Shown here: positions 57,701-64,000 of the stretch, piece by piece
Numbering within the stretch: the first letter of the stretch is position 1
Layout of the letters: each line of letters starts with the position of its first letter
Source of the DNA: Desulfobacterales bacterium
GTDB taxonomy: Bacteria; Desulfobacterota; Desulfobacteria; Desulfobacterales; UBA5616
Assembly (NCBI GenBank): GCA_046483495.1
Contig: JAWODC010000044.1
Span: 166,247 to 230,246 of the forward strand
Length of the DNA: 64,000 nucleotides
Direction of reading: 5' to 3'
Position numbers and translations under genes: made by a program
Notes under the pieces: model-generated
Told to the model about the DNA's origin: nothing
What the model saw: the letters and a program-made list of their open reading frames with translations, nothing else
The model's database searches: none

Positions 57701-58569
57701 CGTTGATCTCCATTAAAAGCGCCGCTCCGGGTCGCCACATGCGTTCCAAGTGGAACACGGGCGTGCTCGGCAATGACCGGGCATTTTGCCTTGAAGAGAA
57801 ACAGTATCTTTTTTGGGACTTCGCTGAGGGTCTCGTAATTTCCCTGGCCTTTGGCGATAACGATATCGGCCGCTTCGAACCGCTTTATAAACTCCGGGCT
57901 GCAGTCATTTAACAGTGTACCCGGTGAATCGGAGCCGTTATCGATGATCTCGACCATGTCTGCAAGCCCGGCAGCCGATGCATCCGACCGAACAGCGTCA
58001 TTGAGCACCGGACCTCCCCGGACGGCAACCGTTACACGTTCCGGTGAAAGCTCTTCGATCAGCAGGCGATCAAAAACGATCTCACCTGCATTATCGGTCA
58101 GGTAGAGAATACGGTCGACCCCTGAAACAGCATCGGCAAATCCATTCCGCTCTCCAAAGAAAGGCTCCGTCAGCGCCTGTGTAATGGATTCGCGGATTTT
58201 GGACTCCGGCACATGGCCGTTGACGCCCATATCGATTATATTTCCGGCGATCGCCAACCGCACGGCCGCAATCAGGGGGTTTCCGGAAGCGGTCACTTCG
58301 GCTTTCAATTCGGGAAACAGCCCAAGCGCCATACGGTTATGCACGTCTTTTATTTCCCGGTATGGATCGTCGATACCCGTAACCTTCCGAATGCGCCGAT
58401 GTATCCGCTGGCCCATAACAGGCGGCGACGGGTTCATATCCATGCTGCAAGTCCACTGAAGAACATCCCGAAGGACCCGCTCATGCTGTGCGGGATCGTC
58501 GATCACCAGTCGTACCGCCTCCAGTGCCTGGCGTATCAGGCACGGTATACAATCAAGATACGTGTTCAT
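57697..58569 (-). CDS. ARMT1/DUF89 damage-control phosphatase family protein
   Basis: DCIPC, AIAGNIID, DNAGEIVFD, KGQGNYETL. Confidence 0.9.
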   Translation of the reverse strand: MNTYLDCIPCLIRQALEAVRLVIDDPAQHERVLRDVLQWTCSMDMNPSPPVMGQRIHRRIRKVTGIDDPYREIKDVHNRMALGLFPELKAEVTASGNPLIAAVRLAIAGNIIDMGVNGHVPESKIRESITQALTEPFFGERNGFADAVSGVDRILYLTDNAGEIVFDRLLIEELSPERVTVAVRGGPVLNDAVRSDASAAGLADMVEIIDNGSDSPGTLLNDCSPEFIKRFEAADIVIAKGQGNYETLSEVPKKILFLFKAKCPVIAEHARVPLGTHVATRSGAFNGDQR

Positions 58570-58631
58570 AAACCGCCATTGACGTGATAGGGGCAAGCGG
58601 CCGTATACCGGCCGCTTGCCTGCACGGTTGA

Positions 58632-60179
58632 TTATTCCGCATCTTTTTTCGATTGGAGTTCATCAAGACGCTTATTGATATATTCCATTTCCGATTGCAA
58701 GGCGTCGGCTTGGTTTTTCAAGGCCTGCTTCTCTGATTCCGCGTCAGGCCCCCCGTATGGCTCGGCATAGCCGTAAGGTGCTCCGTATCCGCCGAATCGC
58801 ATCCACCCCGGCTGTCCGGTGGCGCCCATAAACGGTCCTGCCAGGGCTACCAGGAATTTGGGAGTGTCCACCTTGGGGTTGTGAAAGTTCCCCTGAATAG
58901 CTTGTTCAACTACCGCGCAACCCTCAGAATCAACCACGGCCACCTTCAGGTCCTGGAACTGTGAGTTCGCATAATCAATACCACCCTCCAGCGCGATTCG
59001 GCTTTTTGCAGTTGAGAAGGCTACATCTTGGGCCTTGGCTACACCATCTGAAAAGTCCCATTTTGAAACCAATTCCCAGATCTGGGTCTGCTCACCGGTA
59101 TGAGCGAAGAGACTGCCAAAGCCGTAGCCTCTGGTAATGGTGACTCCCAGCGGACCTGCCACGAAAAAGGCCGCCGCATCCACAAGCTGAAACTGCTGGG
59201 TGGACTCATAGTTAGCCAGCTGTTCGTCAATATTTAATCCATACAGAATAATATCTGTTCCTGTAATCTCTGCCTGGCCATTCAGGCTGGCCACCATTTC
59301 AGAGGATGTTTTGCCGGAGAAATTGAGCTGGGTGATGAATGTGGCTGTACCTTCAGCCCCTTTCTCCTTCCGGAAGGTTTTAATGAACCGTTCGATCTGG
59401 AAATCGACCAGTTCAAGCTCAAGGGAATGACGGGGATGGGATCCGGCAAAATCGCTCTTCATCCAACCTGCAAACTCCCCACCGAGCAACCGTCCGGTCA
59501 CTTGGCCGATCATTATTTGCTGACTTTGACCGGATATTTTGGCCTTTACTCCGGTCGCTTCCAGATTCGAGGAGGTGATTTGGCTGCAGGTCAGATTGCT
59601 GTGGAAGTCCGGCAGATTCAATTGAGGTCTATCCGCCTGGGATGGACTCCATTCCAGGTCGTGTCCGGTCCAGTCACAATTTTCAACTGTTATCCGTTTG
59701 TCGGAAATTTGGTCGGTGAAGGACAGGTTGAGATCTGAAACCGTAAAACTTCGTATGGTCAACGGTTGTGCCTGCCCTGATTCCTCAGGCTCATGGTCGG
59801 GAATAAAGTTGAATATTTCTTTTTCAATCCGCTCCAAGCGGAGGTTCGGTTCCACCAGATCAAGAGAGGCCAATTCCAGCTGGCCACGGATCATGGGCAT
59901 TATCCGGACCCGGACTTCCAATGCCGAGGCTTTAAGCCACTCAGAATCGCCTTTGCTGATGCAAAAATCCTCGAACCGCAGTCCGGGTAAAGGCCACAGC
60001 AGGACCCGGGACGAGCCTTGGACTTCTGCTTTCATTCCCAGAGCCTGGGAGGCGGTTTTCTCCAGATGACCTTTGAAGTCGTCAGAATCAATAAACAGCC
60101 AGGCAAGTAAAACAAGCAGGCATCCTGCCAGGAACAGCCCGACAAGGATAAACAAGAATATTCGTGCAATCTTGGGCAT
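58632..60179 (-). CDS. AsmA-family protein with an apparently chimeric DUF5320-like C-terminus
   Basis: N-terminal TM anchor plus AsmA-like beta-rich body. The last approximately 63 aa (ATGQPGWMRFG..EKQALKNQA..L..I.KRL) look like a DUF5320 tail. Confidence 0.75.
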   Translation of the reverse strand: MPKIARIFLFILVGLFLAGCLLVLLAWLFIDSDDFKGHLEKTASQALGMKAEVQGSSRVLLWPLPGLRFEDFCISKGDSEWLKASALEVRVRIMPMIRGQLELASLDLVEPNLRLERIEKEIFNFIPDHEPEESGQAQPLTIRSFTVSDLNLSFTDQISDKRITVENCDWTGHDLEWSPSQADRPQLNLPDFHSNLTCSQITSSNLEATGVKAKISGQSQQIMIGQVTGRLLGGEFAGWMKSDFAGSHPRHSLELELVDFQIERFIKTFRKEKGAEGTATFITQLNFSGKTSSEMVASLNGQAEITGTDIILYGLNIDEQLANYESTQQFQLVDAAAFFVAGPLGVTITRGYGFGSLFAHTGEQTQIWELVSKWDFSDGVAKAQDVAFSTAKSRIALEGGIDYANSQFQDLKVAVVDSEGCAVVEQAIQGNFHNPKVDTPKFLVALAGPFMGATGQPGWMRFGGYGAPYGYAEPYGGPDAESEKQALKNQADALQSEMEYINKRLDELQSKKDAE

Positions 60180-60644
60180 GGGCAACAAACTCCTTTTTCG
60201 GATCGATCTGCACCATTTTTTCAGACTATGGAGAGTGATGCGATCTCCTCAATGCATAACGTAGTTATTCTATAATTTTCTGGATATCGCCAAAAGCCGG
60301 AAGGATCCCCGAACGGTGTAAATGGTTGATTCCAATATATTTGATCAGTAGAAATCGAAGCTTCGATTATATGTTTCTGTTTATACAACACATTTGGTCC
60401 TGACAAACCTTTTCTTTTACGATACCCAGCGTTTGGTCATTCCATATATCACGTCAATTGCAAGAGATATTGCCTTTTCTTGAAAAAGCATGAACCGGGG
60501 CGCTGTGGTTCCAGCTTTCTTGCATTATCCCCAATTGAATACTCGAATCAAATTGCTAATTACATGGGTATCATGAAATATTTTTCATGTCGAATTTTTA
60601 TCTTTTTGATAATTATTGTTGAGCATTAACCGTACAGGAAACTC

Positions 60645-61808
60645 TCAGGTGTTTTTTTCTATGAATACCTGAATCAGCCGGTTTTCAATGGACTTGAGCA
60701 CGTTATCATCACTGTCGATAATCCCGATGTCTGTATTGATCTGGAATGCAATCGTTACCCCATACTTGGGATAATGCCGCAGGCTTGATACGTATCCCGG
60801 TATCCAGCCGGCATGTCCGTACACGGGGCCAAAAGAACCCCTGGAATAAATCGCCACGCCGGCACCGTATGTTACCTCGGTCGAATCCGGATCCACTGGC
60901 ACTGCACTGAGCAGCTCCGAAAGATAATCGCCGGCCATAACTCTTCCACAAAACAAAGCCGCTCCCCAGCGGGCGAGATCACGAGAGGTGCTGACCAGCC
61001 CTCCGCCAGTCCATTCGACCGCCGGGTGCCAGTGCAAGCGTTTGGCTGTGTCAAGGGTCTTTACAGGGAACCTGAAGGTGTTGTCCGGGCGCATATACCC
61101 CGGGGCCAGTCTTTTCAGGTCACGGTGATCCGCGGAGGAGGTATCCAAAAGTCGAAGGGGAAGCAGAAACCGTTCTTTAATGACATCGAAACAGGGACGT
61201 TTGATGACCGCCTCGATGATCAGACCTGCCAGTATATAGCCGGTATCTGAATACGCCCATCCATTTCCCGCTGGAAAAAGTGCAGGCTCATCCAGTACGA
61301 ATTCGACAAGACGCTCGGGTGGAAAAGGGTTGCCGGTTTCCTGCCATGCCTTTGAAAATGCTTCTGCAAAGGTGTCCATGTGCACATGATCAAGGATTCC
61401 TGCACTGTGTGTGAGCAGATGGCGCAATGTGATCGATTCATGGTTTGGCAACCGCTGGAACCAGTCAAATGTACCGATCCATCGGGAGACAGGCTCATCC
61501 AGGGATAGGCGGCCCTCTATGGCCAGAGAGATGCTCAGGGCCCCCACAAAGCTTTTGCCGATGCTTGCGGAAAGCATGCGGGTGTTGTCTGTCATCGGCA
61601 TGCTTGCCTCGACATCGGCCAGGCCGGAAGCGGCAGTGCCGACAGTTCCGTCTTCCAGAACATAAGCGGCTGTCATACCGGGAAATCCGAACTTTACCCG
61701 CACACGGTCGGTTTCAGTTTGAAACTGTGAGGCGTGATCCGCCGCGGGTGTGTGGATGGCACAGGCTGCGAGCATGGCGGCGCAAAAAATCAAAATGGCT
61801 GCTCTCAT
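60645..61808 (-). CDS. Serine hydrolase / beta-lactamase-related lipoprotein
   Basis: Lipobox LAAC, SIGK, LLTHSAG, YSD, HAG. Confidence 0.88.
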   Translation of the reverse strand: MRAAILIFCAAMLAACAIHTPAADHASQFQTETDRVRVKFGFPGMTAAYVLEDGTVGTAASGLADVEASMPMTDNTRMLSASIGKSFVGALSISLAIEGRLSLDEPVSRWIGTFDWFQRLPNHESITLRHLLTHSAGILDHVHMDTFAEAFSKAWQETGNPFPPERLVEFVLDEPALFPAGNGWAYSDTGYILAGLIIEAVIKRPCFDVIKERFLLPLRLLDTSSADHRDLKRLAPGYMRPDNTFRFPVKTLDTAKRLHWHPAVEWTGGGLVSTSRDLARWGAALFCGRVMAGDYLSELLSAVPVDPDSTEVTYGAGVAIYSRGSFGPVYGHAGWIPGYVSSLRHYPKYGVTIAFQINTDIGIIDSDDNVLKSIENRLIQVFIEKNT

Positions 61809-62593
61809 TCTGAAAGCACCTCTGTCACTGCATTGTGGCGTGAGAACATCGTTTTCCGGTTTAGCCATAGCACAATGGCGGCAACAATCACGAACAGCCA
61901 GGTATCATAGGGCTGCGCATCCGGCCACAGGGGATTGATCAATTGCAGGTGGAAAAAGGCCGGCAACAGAAGACTGCCGCGCGAATGATTGAAAAGCGGC
62001 GTCACGATGAGGCTCAGGGCCAGGGTGCCCACAAGGAAAGGAGTCAACGCCCAGGCGCTTTGGGGTGTACTGCTGAGCATGAACGCAGGCAAGTGCCAGA
62101 CTGCCCAGACAACTCCCAGCACGATGGCCGCCCAGATGGGTGCCATTTTACGTTGTAGCAAAGGCAGGGCCAGTCCACGCCAGCCGATTTCCTCGATCGG
62201 TCCCTTGATAGCCATGAAAAATAGTGCCGACAGATAAGAAGTTACCGATGCAAACGGAAAGAGCGTACCCAGGGCGTCTTTTTTGAACAGTGCTCCAGCA
62301 TAGAACACCAGCGGCACAATAAGAAAAAGCATAACATACCAGTAGACGGACGTCCGCCACAAAAGCAGCCGGGAGAGAAAGCGTCTTATGCCGTTAAAAC
62401 CCTGCCGATAAAAGATTACAGCCAGCGCTGCGATGGCCGGTGCATAAACGGCAAGGTAAAACAGCGGGTGCTGGCCGGTAAGATTTCCAAACAAACGGAC
62501 CATCTTTTCATAGGCAAAAATATAAAGCCCGAGAATACCCCAGGTGATGACAAAGGTCATGGTAAAGAACGGAATCAGATCGGTTTTTCGCAT
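61805..62593 (-). CDS. CPBP/Abi-family intramembrane metalloprotease
   Basis: EEIGWRG.ALP.LQ, WAVWHLP, H...N. ATGA overlap with the hydrolase gene. Confidence 0.9.
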   Translation of the reverse strand: MRKTDLIPFFTMTFVITWGILGLYIFAYEKMVRLFGNLTGQHPLFYLAVYAPAIAALAVIFYRQGFNGIRRFLSRLLLWRTSVYWYVMLFLIVPLVFYAGALFKKDALGTLFPFASVTSYLSALFFMAIKGPIEEIGWRGLALPLLQRKMAPIWAAIVLGVVWAVWHLPAFMLSSTPQSAWALTPFLVGTLALSLIVTPLFNHSRGSLLLPAFFHLQLINPLWPDAQPYDTWLFVIVAAIVLWLNRKTMFSRHNAVTEVLSE

Positions 62594-63004
62594 ATTATAA
62601 ATGCCATATGTGTTAGTATGATTGCCGGCACCCATTGACACCTTTATTGCCTTGGTATCGGTTAACACATCGGATTCTCAAAATAGGATAATCGAAGCTC
62701 AGCGGCGCCCGTCAGGTCTTCCGGTTAAGCGTCCAGGCCTTCTTGCGCCTTTGAGTCTCATATTACGGCATTTTCTTCCCTTACATTGGGCATACGAACC
62801 CGTGCACCATCAGGGGCAGGGTTAATTACGCCCGTGATGTATCAAGCTTCTTCACTGAGCAAAAACGCTGTGCGTTGGCTATATCTTCTGACTGAACCAT
62901 GCCAGGCTGAGCGTACATAATTGTTGCCTGATATACCACAATGAATGTATCGGGAGAGGGTGTATTTGAGATCGAAAATCATCGAGAAGGAAAACTGGGG
63001 AAGG

Positions 63005-63202
63005 TCATTTCCGGCGGCCCCCCTTACCGCCACCGCCGCGACCGCGGCCTCCTCCTGTCCCATTCCTTCGACCTTTACCACCGCCTCGTCCTAAACCTCT
63101 ACCAACATTTTTTCCTCTGGAGGTGTTTTTATTATCAACCTTATTTCTCCCATTGCTTTCGGAGCCATCATGATTCGTTTTATTGTCTGTTTCTTTTTGC
63201 AT
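63005..63202 (-). CDS. Small Gly/Arg-rich hypothetical protein
   Basis: GGAG RBS; GRGLGRGGG.. repeats similar to those of 56164..56832. Confidence 0.55.
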   Translation of the reverse strand: MQKETDNKTNHDGSESNGRNKVDNKNTSRGKNVGRGLGRGGGKGRRNGTGGGRGRGGGGKGGRRK

Positions 63203-63544
63203 GATATCTCCCTTCCTAAGGTATCTCCATTGAACAGCTTGCCCAATGGTAATTCCCTTTTTATGCCTATCGAGGTTTGTCTTAGTTGTTTCTGAATTTC
63301 GATTGGTTTTGCCAACTCAATAATACTTGCATCATATTTGAATTTTATAATTTTTAACAATAATGATGATATTTTGCAATAAAATTGATGGGATTTCCGT
63401 GATAGTCTTGGATTTTAGCTCAACACAGCTTTGGGGTTTCACCTGAGATAAGGGATCAAAATGTAAAAAAATCATGAATAGACGAAGGTGTTGATAAGTC
63501 TGACATTGGCATTTTCTAAACTTGCCCGTTTCACTTCTGACTGA

Positions 63545-63976
63545 TCAGGCAGTGCCGGTAACGGTCACCTCGATGCTCCGGTTGCGCGGGCGGTTGTCAT
63601 GATTGACGGCAACAACCTGCTGCCAGGTTCCGAGTTTTAGAACACCGTTTCTAACGGGCAGAGTTATCGAAGGGCTCATCATAGCCGCCTGGACGTGACT
63701 GTGCCCATTTCCGTCATGCCAGGCTTTTTCATGGGCGTATTCGATATCGGGCGGAGCCAACCGATTGAGCGCGGCTTTTAAATCTTCGATTACGCCGGGT
63801 TCGTACTCGATGGTTGTCAAAGACCCTGTGGACCCGACCATACAGGCGCTGAGAATGCCGGTGGTTATTTCCGAAGCCTTCACCGAACGATTTAATTCGG
63901 TGGTAATATCCATGACATCCGGTTCTGTTTTCAGCTTCACCTCCAGGGTACGACAAAAAATCGAAACCGATTGCAT
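63545..63976 (-). CDS. yjbQ: YjbQ/UPF0047 family protein
   Basis: YAH...HD.NGHSH, LGTWQ, GGAGG RBS. Confidence 0.88.
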   Translation of the reverse strand: MQSVSIFCRTLEVKLKTEPDVMDITTELNRSVKASEITTGILSACMVGSTGSLTTIEYEPGVIEDLKAALNRLAPPDIEYAHEKAWHDGNGHSHVQAAMMSPSITLPVRNGVLKLGTWQQVVAVNHDNRPRNRSIEVTVTGTA

Positions 63977-64000
63977 ACTTTTATCGCCTCCATTTCCAAA

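Noticed and set aside
60221..60406. Small ORF or gene remnant in the AT-rich spacer
   Set aside because: No convincing start or RBS and no recognisable family.
60645..61808. Antibiotic-resistance beta-lactamase
   Set aside because: SIGK/YSD/HAG motifs fit the generic peptidase/esterase branch; no KTG triad.
62720..62840. Possible decayed Cys-motif gene (GFVCP..GKKMP, minus strand)
   Set aside because: Too short and interrupted by stops to support.
1260..63956. Numerous overlapping or antisense ORFs in the six-frame track
   Set aside because: Shadow ORFs of well-supported genes in moderately GC-rich DNA; no motifs.

Overview
A gene-dense 64-kb bacterial window. Gene content (ORP/NifX cluster, sigma54 activators, DUF1302/DUF1329 module) suggests an anaerobic deltaproteobacterium, probably Desulfobacterales-like; this is inference only. 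It contains: a truncated CoA-transferase III; a solitary recC; riboswitch-controlled btuFCD and, about 29 kb away, btuB; acyl-CoA/beta-oxidation-type genes with an embedded orphan DNA methyltransferase; a DUF1302-DUF1329-YCF48-RND envelope module with a PAS-LuxR regulator; a bactofilin/MTase pair; minCDE; an Orange-protein-type cluster with an OrpR-like activator; slyD; a c-di-GMP-I riboswitch; and a second NifX/MBL/ARMT1 cluster interrupted by an asmA/serine-hydrolase/CPBP block. The best candidates for undescribed systems are three. (1) A sigma54-driven four-gene operon of two paralogous phytoene-dehydrogenase-like flavoproteins plus two paralogous tiny proteins. (2) A split transketolase with altered substrate-binding residues, co-located with a tandem SCP2-like protein and an acyl-CoA dehydrogenase. 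(3) A stand-alone protein resembling the C-terminal part of BREX BrxC. Also seen: a MITE-like element family, GATC-rich microsatellites and a chimeric asmA::DUF5320 fusion. No rRNA, tRNA, CRISPR array or transposase was recognised. All family calls come from motif recognition by eye, not database searches.
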